DNA of 63,915 bases, filler included, from Thermoplasmatota archaeon (GCA_041623215.1; 4 parts of 4 records of this genome joined end to end with filler, not necessarily neighbours in it); one strand, 5' to 3'; shown: positions 40,645 to 50,519, counted from the whole stretch's first letter. Notes: generated from the sequence alone by a model not told the origin. Program-made: numbers and translations.

Positions 40645-43600
40645 TCACAGCAGGTACGGTCCGACGATGAAGAGCATGATATTGGCGACGGTGTGGCCGA
40701 TACTGATGCCAATTAAGCTCCGGGTTCGCAGGATAACTTGACTGTAGATCCATCCAACAACAAACACCAGCACCGCGTCGGCAATTTCGTGGTTCCCTAG
40801 GTGAAGTGCGGCGAAGACGACGTTGAGCATGAAAATGGCCATGCCCGGCCGGAAAACCCGGAGGGCGTGGTGTTGGATAACGCCCCGAAACAGCAGTTCT
40901 TCGAAAAGTCCCGTGCTGACGAAGAGTGCAAGGGCCGGCGCAGCAATGTGGGTCAGCGTCAGGTCGGGGAAGATGCTGTTGGGCTCTAAGATCAGGTGCT
41001 CGAGGGCGCCGAAGAAGACGCTCCAGAAGACCACGGCCACTTCCAAGCCAATCCACTTGGACTCGGGGCGCCGCAAGCCCACTTCGGCAAGGTCCAGTCG
41101 TTGCGACTTGATGATGGCAAAAAGGGCGATGTAGAGGGGTACGCCAATGAGCGTGAACCACTGGACGAAGCTGAATGTCACCACCGGCATGGCGAGGCTG
41201 AAAATACGAATCAGCGGCGCCATGATGAACGACACCAACAGTGCGCCGGTGGCCGTGCGGCTGTCCCGCACATGCAGTAACCCATGTACAAGCAGGGCTA
41301 CGAGCAAAACGACGTGGAGGCCGATGCCGATGCGGACCGCGAGGCCATTGCTCGCCAAGGTGAACGGCCCGAGCCAATTGGCGACGAATAGCTCGGCCAA
41401 TGTGATGAGCGTCACATAGAACCACACTGCCAGCGTCACCCGGCGCGCCTCTTCGGGAACTACTTGCACGACAACCGGCACTGGCATGGATTTCCGGCGG
41501 AGGCGCTCTTGCTCTAGGCGGGCGCGCAGACGTTCCTGGCGACGTTCCTGCAATTCCAAGCGGCTTCGGTTCCATGCGTCGCGCCGCTGCATGCGCTTTT
41601 CCTGTCGCATGGCCGCCCTTGCGGACAAACGACGCAAGGTTGCAATGTCCCTGCGTCGCTGTTGTTCCCCCCGCTCCAAAGCCAACATGCGAGATAATTG
41701 AGATTCAATTTGCCGAAGCGCCCGCTCCTCGGCCTTGGCTCGACGTGCCTCTTGCCGCATGAGGCGCTCTAGGTCACGCGGTACCGGCACATGCTCGGCG
41801 TCCTCTGTCTCAGGCGCCGGCTGCGTTTCTTCCGTGTCCTCGGGGCGGCCCTCGTCGGCCAACGCCTCACCTTGCTTACTTTGCAGTTTGCGAAGTCTTG
41901 CTTCTTGGGCGAGAATACGCCGGCGATCGCGTGCGGCTACATCTGCCAGTGCGGCCAATTCTTCCTGCAGACCTTCGAGCCGGTCGGGGTCGGCGACGAG
42001 CCTGCCAAGCGCGTCGTCCGGCAGTTCGCTAATAATGGTGGCATAGGCTTGCCTGCGGTGCTCGTCGTGCGCGCTCAGGTTGCGCCGCAGTCGGGCCCGG
42101 CGAACGAGCAGGCGTCGCTCGGCCGTCTTGCTGGTTGGCTTACGGGCTTTTTTGTCGGCGACCGAGGCATCGGGGCCTTGATCTTCGGCGTGGTCAGCGG
42201 TCGCTTCGGCTTGCTCTTCGTGGAGCGCTTTTCTTGCAGCCAGGGCGTTGAGGTGCCGTTCGATGCGCCGCAGGGCGGCTTGTTCTCGCCGCAGACGCCG
42301 TTGTTGGGCTCGGGCGACGACAGCCGCGATGCGGTCCAGGAAGCGGCGGTCGCGCACGTTCACGGCGTCGCTGTCCCGTGACAAGTCCGCGACCGCTTGC
42401 TGGAGGCGGCGTCGCTGGTCCATTTCCAGCCGGTGGGCCACCGTTCGAAGCCGTGCCCGCAGGTGCTGAATTCGTGCCTCCAGCCGGGCATCGCGTCGGA
42501 TGCGGCGTTGGTCAGCCATGGAGGTCCGCTGGGCGCGCTGCATGGCAATATGCGCGAGCCGGCGCTGAATGCGTTTGACAGCGCGTTGATGCGTGAAGCG
42601 GTGAGCGACCTGGAGTCGCGCCACTTCATCTAGCGCATCCGATAGAGCTTGCAAATCCGGGTCCAATCCCTCCGGTTTGCGGATGGGAAGGTCGTCGTAA
42701 CCCTCACTAGCGTCATCAGCCAGCGGGGCGGTGGCTGCATCGTCATCTCGGTCGTGCCGGTGCCGGGCTGCTGCCAAGCGCGCCGCCATTGATTCCAGCG
42801 CGCTCTCATCAGTGGCTAGGTGGGTGTCCTGCTCGCGGGCGATTTCTTTCAGCACGCGCCGAAGTTCAGCGATGTCCTGGTCTGTTGGGCCATCGGCGGC
42901 CGATCCCTCCTTGTCCTCGCCGGCCGGTTCCTTGTCCTCATGGAGCGTGTCGCCGCTAGGAGGGACGGGCAATTGGACAACGGCCGCACGAGTCTCGGCT
43001 TTGCGTTCACTCGACTCCGCGTCCCCTTCTCCTTCGGCGGGGGCCGGAGCTCCCGGTAAGAAGCGTACGCCCTCGGCCAGCAGGTCGCTAGCCGCCCTGA
43101 AGCCGGCCTCGCGCTCCTTGGCGACGACGGATTCCATGAGTTCCAGCGTCCGTTCATCAAGCTCATCCCGGCGCTCGTGGATGCGGTGGATGTTTGCCGC
43201 CAGCAGACTATGGGCATCGCGGCGCCCCTCGGCCTGCGTGGCCCGACGCTCCTTGTGGTCGGCGTCTAGGCGGACCGCTTCCCGGACGCGGCCTTCATAG
43301 ACCTCCGCCAGCGCGCCGGCCACGCCGCGGCCAGCGGCCTTGTCCATGGCGTTCTTGGCTGCCTCCGCCAGCTTGTTCACAAAGTCGGCGGCCCAAGCGT
43401 CATCTTGGACGCGTTCGACGCGGCTTGCCCGCCGCTCCTGCACGTCGAGTTCGGCTCGCCTGGCCTCCATGTCAGCGGCTTTGACATCGAGCCCGGCGAC
43501 CGCCACCGCGTGGTCGCGTGCCAGACGCCCTAGTGCCGCTCGCAATTCGTCGCGGTCATCGGGCCGGCCCCTGGCAGCTTGTGCTGTATCTCGCTGCACG

Positions 43601-45060
43601 ATTCGAGCAGTCTTGACGAGCAGGCGGTTGACGTCGCGGACATCTTTCTGATGGGCGGTGGCAAGGCGGCGCGTGAGGGTGGCCTCGCGCTTGAGTAGGT
43701 CTTCCTCGAGTGCGCCTAGTTTCTTGGAGAGGTTGGCCGCGGCCTTGAGTCGGGTGGCGTCATCCGTTAGGTCTTGGAGGGTAAGCTCGTTCAACTGGTC
43801 CGCTGGCGGGGGGGCAACACTGGCGGTCACGGGGGCCAGCGTCCAAGGCGCGTCGGGTGCTGCGGGGTCTGCGGCGGCGGTTCCTGCCGCATGGCGCAAG
43901 CGAAGCGCCTTGCGGGTAGCGCGTTGGCGCCACGCGGCGCGCCGCCGGTCGGCGGCTTCCGCTCGCTTGCGCGAGCCTTCCTCGACGCGGTGGAGTTGTG
44001 CTACGAGGCGGTCGAGTGCCTGTCGGTCGCGGCCATGGGGAGTTTCGTGGCCATGGACCAACCGACGCAGAATCGCCGCCAACGCGCCGCGGCCTTCGTC
44101 ATCGGCCAGCCGGCCGGCCGCCGCCGCAAGCACGTCAAGATGAGCGGCGGCTAGGGCCGCTCGGTCGGCAGCCGCGTCGCGCTTGCGCCTGTTTTTATGG
44201 TCGCGCTTCGCGCTTTTTCGCCGCTGGCGGAGCAGGGTTTCGATGAGGCGTTGCTGGCTCGCCGCGTCGGCCGCAGGCCCACCTTTGCCTTCCGCCTTGG
44301 CAAGGCGTGTCAGCATTCCTTCGAGAATAGCGGCGTCGGCTTCCTCGGTTTGTGCTTCGGGCCTCGTGCTGGCGACTTCTCGCAGGGCGTCCAGTTCTCG
44401 TTGAATGACGTCGCCCGGGGCTTGGGCCGCGTCGCGGCCTGCTTTACGAGCCGCCTTCCGGTCGGCCTTGGCTAATTCGCGTTGTAGGCTCTTGATAGCC
44501 TTCTCGGTCTCCTTAGCCTCTTTTCGCGCGTCGCGGGCCATTTGGCGCTCGAGGCTGGTAAGCGCCTTTTCCTCGACGGCGAGCTCGGCGTCTACGCGGC
44601 GCTCTTGCTCTTGCTCGCTTCGAAGGCGCGGGCCAAATTCAATGGCGAAACGGCGGCTCTTGGGTAGCCGGTACCATTGTACCAGGGCAAGGGGGAACAG
44701 CAGGGCTACCAGAATTAGGCCAATGCCAAGCAGGGTGTGGACGCTCGAGGGGTCCCATTTGAGGTCCAGCAGGAGCACCGCCGGAATGGTCAGGAGGGCC
44801 GACAAAACGGACCCGAAAACAATGCGTCGCGTAACATCCAATTCCCGTTGGCGGCGGCGGCCAGGCGGTGCGTGCCCTTGGTCGGTGCGCCACGGCAGCA
44901 CTCCGAAGAGAATCGTGTAGCCTGGCACAAACAGCAGAAATGTTGCCCCAAGGACTGTCGTGAGGTTGTCTGGGGGCAGGAGCCAGAGGCCCAACGCAGC
45001 AAGCGTCGCGACGGCGACGATGGCCATGTCGAAGGGATGGTCCTCGTAACGCCGGCCCAC
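40645..45060 (-). CDS. 1471-aa fusion: DUF1616-like TM domain, ~1000-aa charged coiled coil, CPBP/Abi intramembrane metalloprotease
   Basis: N-terminal LLFVPGYTIL...P module; A/R/E-rich helical middle; C-terminal FEELLFRG, FAALH, HTVAN motifs. Confidence 0.8.
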   Translation of the reverse strand: MGRRYEDHPFDMAIVAVATLAALGLWLLPPDNLTTVLGATFLLFVPGYTILFGVLPWRTDQGHAPPGRRRQRELDVTRRIVFGSVLSALLTIPAVLLLDLKWDPSSVHTLLGIGLILVALLFPLALVQWYRLPKSRRFAIEFGPRLRSEQEQERRVDAELAVEEKALTSLERQMARDARKEAKETEKAIKSLQRELAKADRKAARKAGRDAAQAPGDVIQRELDALREVASTRPEAQTEEADAAILEGMLTRLAKAEGKGGPAADAASQQRLIETLLRQRRKSAKRDHKNRRKRDAAADRAALAAAHLDVLAAAAGRLADDEGRGALAAILRRLVHGHETPHGRDRQALDRLVAQLHRVEEGSRKRAEAADRRRAAWRQRATRKALRLRHAAGTAAADPAAPDAPWTLAPVTASVAPPPADQLNELTLQDLTDDATRLKAAANLSKKLGALEEDLLKREATLTRRLATAHQKDVRDVNRLLVKTARIVQRDTAQAARGRPDDRDELRAALGRLARDHAVAVAGLDVKAADMEARRAELDVQERRASRVERVQDDAWAADFVNKLAEAAKNAMDKAAGRGVAGALAEVYEGRVREAVRLDADHKERRATQAEGRRDAHSLLAANIHRIHERRDELDERTLELMESVVAKEREAGFRAASDLLAEGVRFLPGAPAPAEGEGDAESSERKAETRAAVVQLPVPPSGDTLHEDKEPAGEDKEGSAADGPTDQDIAELRRVLKEIAREQDTHLATDESALESMAARLAAARHRHDRDDDAATAPLADDASEGYDDLPIRKPEGLDPDLQALSDALDEVARLQVAHRFTHQRAVKRIQRRLAHIAMQRAQRTSMADQRRIRRDARLEARIQHLRARLRTVAHRLEMDQRRRLQQAVADLSRDSDAVNVRDRRFLDRIAAVVARAQQRRLRREQAALRRIERHLNALAARKALHEEQAEATADHAEDQGPDASVADKKARKPTSKTAERRLLVRRARLRRNLSAHDEHRRQAYATIISELPDDALGRLVADPDRLEGLQEELAALADVAARDRRRILAQEARLRKLQSKQGEALADEGRPEDTEETQPAPETEDAEHVPVPRDLERLMRQEARRAKAEERALRQIESQLSRMLALERGEQQRRRDIATLRRLSARAAMRQEKRMQRRDAWNRSRLELQERRQERLRARLEQERLRRKSMPVPVVVQVVPEEARRVTLAVWFYVTLITLAELFVANWLGPFTLASNGLAVRIGIGLHVVLLVALLVHGLLHVRDSRTATGALLVSFIMAPLIRIFSLAMPVVTFSFVQWFTLIGVPLYIALFAIIKSQRLDLAEVGLRRPESKWIGLEVAVVFWSVFFGALEHLILEPNSIFPDLTLTHIAAPALALFVSTGLFEELLFRGVIQHHALRVFRPGMAIFMLNVVFAALHLGNHEIADAVLVFVVGWIYSQVILRTRSLIGISIGHTVANIMLFIVGPYLL

Positions 45061-45084
45061 GCGGCTTCCATTGAAGGCGGACTC

Positions 45085-46194
45085 TTAAAGAGGGGGATTC
45101 CGGCCAGTCTCGTCTTCGGCCGCGCCGGCACCGTCGGCCGTAGGCTCGCGACCTAGCTCGCGGGGTTCGTCCACGCCCGCTCCATCTTCCTGCCCGCTTC
45201 CTTCATCGCCTTCCTTGTCGGCGTCCGATGGCCCACGCGTAGCGGCTTCAAACCGCATGCGCTCAAGGTTGCGAATGCGCGCTTCATTGAGGCGCTTGGC
45301 GTGGTCAATCAGGAGCCAGGATGGCGCGACGAAGGCGACCACGACGGCAAGCGCACCTAAGATGCCGCTCCGGAAGATTTGGACCCCAAGAAAGGGCGCT
45401 GGGGGCCGATGTTCAAACAGCGCCGGGACGAGGTCTGCCATGAGGCGACCCGCAGCCTCAGTATAGGTCCCGGCAGCGGTCCAATTGTGAATCGGCTCCA
45501 CGGCGATGCTCACGCGGATGTAGGTCACGGCGCTGTCGCGGTCAATTCGACGCTCGGACAAGAACATCGTAAGCACCACTTGGCGGTCGTACTTCCCACC
45601 CTCGCCATCCGGGCCAGGGGGCTCCAACTCCTTTTCGACGAGGTAGCGCCGGGCTGTGACAAAGCCTTGGAAGCGATTTCCTTCCTCTGGTGTGAGCCAA
45701 TAATCCTGGGCGAAATCGTCGTCTGCCACATCGATGTTAACGAGGTCGCCGCGGCGTTCCTTATCCAGGCCGCCTTGAGGCGTAATGAATCGGTAACCGG
45801 CGTCATGGAATCCAATCGCTGGTGCCACCAGGGTGTCTGGGTCGCTGGTGTACACCAGCAGGCCACTAACGGGGATGCGAATGTCGGGGTGCTTGACGGT
45901 CGCGGCTGCCGTGAGTTCCCCGCTCGAAGCATCAGGGACTCCGAGATAATCGGGTGCCCGGCGCCACGGGGAGAGGGCGTCAAAGACGCCGCTCAGTTGG
46001 CGAGCATCGCCCGGATCCATGCGAGTGGTCACCGGAATGTTGCCCTGACTGCTGCCGAGGTCGGGGCCCAAGCCAGATACCTGGGCGAAGAACAAGGTTG
46101 GCGGAGAAAGGAACACGATGCTCAAGAAGCCCAGCAGCACGACAGACGCAGCAACGCGGCGAAGGGCAGCTTGGGTCGCTTCGTCGTTGGCCAT
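45085..46194 (-). CDS. EpsI-like (exosortase-associated) membrane-anchored protein
   Basis: N- and C-terminal TM helices; HPDIRIPV..LLV..S....LVAPAIGF...GY, RQVVL, TYIRVS pattern resembles archaeal EpsI-family proteins (recognised from memory). Confidence 0.5.
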   Translation of the reverse strand: MANDEATQAALRRVAASVVLLGFLSIVFLSPPTLFFAQVSGLGPDLGSSQGNIPVTTRMDPGDARQLSGVFDALSPWRRAPDYLGVPDASSGELTAAATVKHPDIRIPVSGLLVYTSDPDTLVAPAIGFHDAGYRFITPQGGLDKERRGDLVNIDVADDDFAQDYWLTPEEGNRFQGFVTARRYLVEKELEPPGPDGEGGKYDRQVVLTMFLSERRIDRDSAVTYIRVSIAVEPIHNWTAAGTYTEAAGRLMADLVPALFEHRPPAPFLGVQIFRSGILGALAVVVAFVAPSWLLIDHAKRLNEARIRNLERMRFEAATRGPSDADKEGDEGSGQEDGAGVDEPRELGREPTADGAGAAEDETGRNPPL

Positions 46195-46274
46195 GCCGAC
46201 GGGCGCCCACTGGGGCCTAACCTCTTCAAGGCTTCAATCGGCGCCGCCGGTCGCATGCCGTGCTATTTCGTGCC

Positions 46275-47228
46275 TTACGGCGCGTGCAACGTGGCGCCGC
46301 CGCCGCCGAGGCGCACAATGAACGCTCGTCCGCCTGCGGCTTCAATGACGGCCGCAGCGCGAGCCGGATTATCGGTAATGGCCACCATGGAGCCCCCGCC
46401 TCCGGCCCCTGTAATCTTGGCACCCAAGGTGCCGGGTGCATCGCGCACCGCGACGACCAGTTTCTGCACTTCCGGGTGGTTGACCCCAATCATGTGCATG
46501 CAGTCGTGCTGCTTCGACATGAGGCGGCCCACCGTTTCCCAATCGCCGGTCCGGAGGGCCGGGACGGCGTCACGAGCGATGCTGCCGATGTCCTGCAACG
46601 TATCACGCACCAGGGGGTTGCGAGCCGCATTGTGGGCAACTTTGGCGACCTCCACGTCGGTCTTACCCTTGACGCCGGAATTGCCTACGACCACGGTGAG
46701 GCCTGGCATGGCAAGCGACTCGACACTCCAGGCCCGGTCTTCCCACGTGATGTCCCAGAGCGGGTCGCCAACGTTAGGCGGGGCCTCTTTGCCGGCAATG
46801 GCGATGGCTCCCCCGGCCGTGCTGACACTTGTATCGATGGGCGACCCGCCACCCTGCGTAACGCGCTCCACCATGAACGCGTCCTGCGCCAACCTGGCGT
46901 TGTCCGTGATGCCTTGGAGTCGGTGCAGGGCGGCAACAGTCGCCGTGGTGAGGGCAGCCGAGCTTCCCGTACCGCTGGCCGATGGGATGCCCCCCTCTGT
47001 CTGAATGCGCACCGGGTCGCCCTTCCAGAGGCGGTCCACGGCCGTTTTGATGTAAGAGTGATAGCGCTCGTGGAGCCGGTGGCCGTTGACTGTGAAGCGA
47101 CTGCCCACCACGTCCACTTCCACGCGAGTTCGTTGGTCAATGCACGCCGCCACCGCCGGATGGCCAAACACCACCGCGTGCTCGCCGAACAGGATGACCT
47201 TGCCCGGCGCGCTGGCGATGGCTCGCAT
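46275..47228 (-). CDS. mvk: Mevalonate kinase (GHMP family)
   Basis: ASAPGKVILFGEHAVV, IPSASGTGSSAA, SPID, GAKITGAGGGG. Confidence 0.88.
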   Translation of the reverse strand: MRAIASAPGKVILFGEHAVVFGHPAVAACIDQRTRVEVDVVGSRFTVNGHRLHERYHSYIKTAVDRLWKGDPVRIQTEGGIPSASGTGSSAALTTATVAALHRLQGITDNARLAQDAFMVERVTQGGGSPIDTSVSTAGGAIAIAGKEAPPNVGDPLWDITWEDRAWSVESLAMPGLTVVVGNSGVKGKTDVEVAKVAHNAARNPLVRDTLQDIGSIARDAVPALRTGDWETVGRLMSKQHDCMHMIGVNHPEVQKLVVAVRDAPGTLGAKITGAGGGGSMVAITDNPARAAAVIEAAGGRAFIVRLGGGGATLHAP

Positions 47229-47352
47229 CTCATGGAGGGGGTGCACAAACGGTCCAGTCGAAGCGGTGGTGAAAAGGACACCGCACGGAACTCGCCCCGA
47301 CCATTGGCAAGCGTGAAACCGGGACGCATCGTGGCCGGCCCGTGACCGCCCC

Positions 47353-48138
47353 GTGACGGACCCCCATACGTCGGTGCCCTTCTTGGCGCACGTGGCCGAG
47401 CTGCGGCGGCGTTTGCTAAGTGCGGCGGCAGCCATTCTCGTGGCCACGATTACTGTGTTTATGGTAGGTGTGACGCCGTGGCGCTCCGCGTGGCGCCCCG
47501 TCTTCAGCGCCACGGATAGCCTGGCCGTCCAAGCGTTTCGGGCGCTGCAAGGACACGTGGTTCCGCCCAACGTCAAACTCGTCGTGTTGCACCCCGTGGA
47601 CGGCATCATGGCGCAACTGCTTGTCGGGCTCTTTCTCGGCGTCGTCATCGCGGTGCCCGTTTGGTGGAGTCGTCTGGCGGGTTTTGTCACGCCGGCGCTC
47701 CTGCCGCATGAACGGCGCACGGTGGCGAGGGCCACTGTGCCGGCGGTGTTGCTATTTCTGGCCGGCGTGGCCTTCGCCTGGTGGGTCGTGCTGCCGTTTC
47801 TGATGGTCACACTCTACGGTTACGCGGCCAATCTTGGGGCTGTGCCGTACCTGACGGTTCCCGACCTGGTCACGTTCACGGTCTCGACGTTGCTGACGTT
47901 TGGCATTGCCTTCCAGTTGCCCTTGGTCATGGTAGTGCTTAGCCGCGTGGGCCTCGTGAGTCCGGCGGCCTGGTGGAGCAAGTGGCGCCACGCTACCGTG
48001 GCAGCGGTCGTGGTAGGCGCCTTGGTAACTGACCCCAGCGTCGTGAGTCAAATCGTGGTGGCAGTCCCTCTGATGATTCTCTACGTGGCTGGCGCCGCGT
48101 GGGCATCCATTGGGGCCCGCCGGCAGTCAAAGCCGTAG
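47353..48138 (+). CDS. tatC: Twin-arginine translocase subunit TatC
   Basis: HVAELRRRL, FVTPALLPHE, FGIAFQLP, DPSVVSQ. Confidence 0.92.
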   Translation: MTDPHTSVPFLAHVAELRRRLLSAAAAILVATITVFMVGVTPWRSAWRPVFSATDSLAVQAFRALQGHVVPPNVKLVVLHPVDGIMAQLLVGLFLGVVIAVPVWWSRLAGFVTPALLPHERRTVARATVPAVLLFLAGVAFAWWVVLPFLMVTLYGYAANLGAVPYLTVPDLVTFTVSTLLTFGIAFQLPLVMVVLSRVGLVSPAAWWSKWRHATVAAVVVGALVTDPSVVSQIVVAVPLMILYVAGAAWASIGARRQSKP

Positions 48139-48227
48139 GGGGCGGGTCGTTAGCGGCAGCAGCCGGGGCCGCGGCCAATCCGGCGGCGGCGTAATTGACC
48201 CACGTGCCGCATCAACAAGGCGGCTGA

Positions 48228-48458
48228 CTAGCTGGCACGCTGCTTGGCGGCATCGTCCTCTTCATCGGGGTCGTGAGCCTCATCGCTGCCGGATTTGCCG
48301 ACCTCAATTTCCTTCTGGAACTCTTGGCGTGCTTTCTGGAATTCCCCTTGCGCGCGGCCCATGCTGCGCGCTAATTTGGGAATCGCAGCTGCCCCGAAGA
48401 GGAGCAACACAATGCCGATGATAATGACCCATTCCATGCCGCCGGGAAGGCCTGCCAT
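48228..48458 (-). CDS. tatA: Twin-arginine translocase subunit TatA
   Basis: GGMEWVIII...LLFGAAAIPKLARSMG...EFQK. Confidence 0.92.
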   Translation of the reverse strand: MAGLPGGMEWVIIIGIVLLLFGAAAIPKLARSMGRAQGEFQKARQEFQKEIEVGKSGSDEAHDPDEEDDAAKQRAS

Positions 48459-48621
48459 GGCGTGGCCACCCAAGGGCTGCTTTGAAGACTTGCGCAAGAG
48501 GCCACTCGCCCGCTACGCCGTGCAACGACCCGCCCGCGGCCCCAGCGCGGCTGCCGTTTCATGGGCCAATTACTCGCGATTTGGCCGAGAACCCTAAAGC
48601 GCCGGCCGCCTCTGGCCCCAC

Positions 48622-49407
48622 GTGTCCCGTCCGGTGCTCGTCAAGCTCGGCGGCAGTGTTCTCACGGACAAAGCCAAGCCGCGCGCGTTTCGTCGCACGG
48701 TCGCCAGACGCCTCTGCCTTGAACTGGCGCGCGCTGGCGTACCCGTCGTTCTGGTTCACGGCGCGGGCAGCTTTGGCCACATCCCCGCCGCCGAGGCGGG
48801 CATCGGCAGCCGCACGATGAGCCCCCGCGATGCGCCGGCCGTGGCAGCTACGCTTACCGGGGTTGCCTTGCTCCATGCCCAGATTCTGGACTTGGCTGAG
48901 GCCGCGGGACTCTGCCCGGTGGGCGTGCCGGTCCACATCAGCGCCCACAGCGATGGCGATGACCTGCTCGGCGTTCCGGTCGCGCGCATTCAACGCCTCC
49001 TTGAAGATGGCTACACGCCGGTCCTGCCGGGAACCATTGTCCGTGACGAAGATTTGGGCTGGCGCGTTGTTAGTGGTGATGAATTGATGGCCATACTGGC
49101 TGAGGAATTGGACCCGCGGCTGGCGCTCTTTGTGACGGATGTAGAGGGCGTCTACGACCGCCATCCAAGTGAACCGGGTGCGTCGCTCTTGGCGTCGATT
49201 GACCGGGCGGCGCATAGCAGCGCGGATGGTGCCGGCCGTCAGGGCGGCCATGGCGCCGATGTCACGGGCCGCATCCATGGCAAATTGAATCACGCATTCA
49301 ACATGGCCCAGGCGACGCCGGTTCTCATTGCCAACGGCACCGTGCGGGGCCGCATCCAGGACGTCCTTCGGGGCAAGGACGTTCCCTGCACGCGGGTGGT
49401 GCCATGA
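48622..49407 (+). CDS. ipk: Isopentenyl phosphate kinase
   Basis: VKLGGSVLTDK, VHGAGSFGH, VSGDE, TDVEGVY, DVTG; adjacent to fni. Confidence 0.88.
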   Translation: MSRPVLVKLGGSVLTDKAKPRAFRRTVARRLCLELARAGVPVVLVHGAGSFGHIPAAEAGIGSRTMSPRDAPAVAATLTGVALLHAQILDLAEAAGLCPVGVPVHISAHSDGDDLLGVPVARIQRLLEDGYTPVLPGTIVRDEDLGWRVVSGDELMAILAEELDPRLALFVTDVEGVYDRHPSEPGASLLASIDRAAHSSADGAGRQGGHGADVTGRIHGKLNHAFNMAQATPVLIANGTVRGRIQDVLRGKDVPCTRVVP

Positions 49408-49427
49408 AGCGGCCGATTGATGGCTGA

Positions 49428-49433
49428 TTTAAA
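49428..49433 (+). promoter_or_regulatory. Archaeal TATA-like box upstream of fni
   Basis: TTTAAA ~25 nt before GTG 49455 in GC-rich DNA. Confidence 0.55.
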
Positions 49434-49454
49434 CCGGAGCCTCGTGGCACCCAC

Positions 49455-50471
49455 GTGGATTTGGCCGCAGAGACACGCCGCCGCAAGGAGGAGCATTTGC
49501 GCATCCCACTCGAGCGGGATGTCCAGTCCACGTCGAGCAACCCGTGGGACGCCATCCGCCTACGACACGAAGCACTGCCGGAATTCGATTTGGCAGATGT
49601 GGAGTTGGCCACGACGTTTCTTGGCCGCGACTTGGATGCCCCGATTCAAATCACCGGCATGACGGGGGGCACCCCTGCTGCCAAGGACATCAACGCCCGT
49701 CTGGCGCAAGCCGCCGCCCACCATCAAGTGGCCATGGGCGTCGGCAGCCAACGAGCGGCCATCGAAAACCCCGATTTGGCCGACTCGTACACGGTGATGC
49801 TTGACCACGACGTGCCGGCCCGCTTTGCCAACCTAGGGTTGCCACAGCTGATTCTGTGGGGCGAGGATGCCATGGGCCATGCAGAAGCTGCGGTCAACAT
49901 GGTAGAGGCACATGCTCTGTGCATCCACCTCAATTACCTTCAGGAGGCATGTCAGCCGGAGGGCGACACGGTCGCCCGTGGAGGGCTACGTGCTATCCGG
50001 ACAGCGTGCGCCGAATTGTCCGTGCCAGTCATTGTCAAGGAAACCGGCGCCGGCATTGACGGCGCCACCGCCGTCCGCCTCCAAGAAGCGGGTGTTGCCG
50101 CCATCGACGTGGGCGGCCTGGGCGGCACCAGCTTCAGCGCCGTTGAACACCACAGGGCCAACGACCTAGGTGATGCTGCCAAGGCACGCCTGGGCAAGAC
50201 CTTCTGGGACTGGGGTACCACGACGCCAGAGGCAATCGTCAGTTGTCGCTCTGCGTGTCCCGATTTGCCCCTGATTGCCACGGGGGGCTTGACCAGTGGT
50301 CTCGATGCAGCCAAGTCCATTAGCCTGGGGGCCAACATGGCCGGCTATGCCGGGCAGGTCTTTCGCGCCGCCGCCCAAGAGCGAGCAGTGGACGAAGTGG
50401 GCATGATGGTGGACGAGTTGCGCACGGCGTGTTTCCTCGCGGGGGCGCAATCGGCCGCCCAGCTCGGCTGA
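49455..50471 (+). CDS. fni: Type 2 isopentenyl-diphosphate isomerase
   Basis: RKEEH, GMTGG, GVGSQR, HLNYLQE, VKETGAG, GGTSF. Confidence 0.95.
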   Translation: MDLAAETRRRKEEHLRIPLERDVQSTSSNPWDAIRLRHEALPEFDLADVELATTFLGRDLDAPIQITGMTGGTPAAKDINARLAQAAAHHQVAMGVGSQRAAIENPDLADSYTVMLDHDVPARFANLGLPQLILWGEDAMGHAEAAVNMVEAHALCIHLNYLQEACQPEGDTVARGGLRAIRTACAELSVPVIVKETGAGIDGATAVRLQEAGVAAIDVGGLGGTSFSAVEHHRANDLGDAAKARLGKTFWDWGTTTPEAIVSCRSACPDLPLIATGGLTSGLDAAKSISLGANMAGYAGQVFRAAAQERAVDEVGMMVDELRTACFLAGAQSAAQLG

Positions 50472-50489
50472 GTACCTGTTCGCCACGAC

Positions 50490-50496
50490 TTATAAA
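50490..50496 (+). promoter_or_regulatory. Archaeal TATA-like box upstream of the GlmU-like gene
   Basis: TTATAAA ~25-30 nt before GTG 50520. Confidence 0.55.
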
Positions 50497-50519
50497 GTCG
50501 GGGCGTCGTCGAGTGGACC

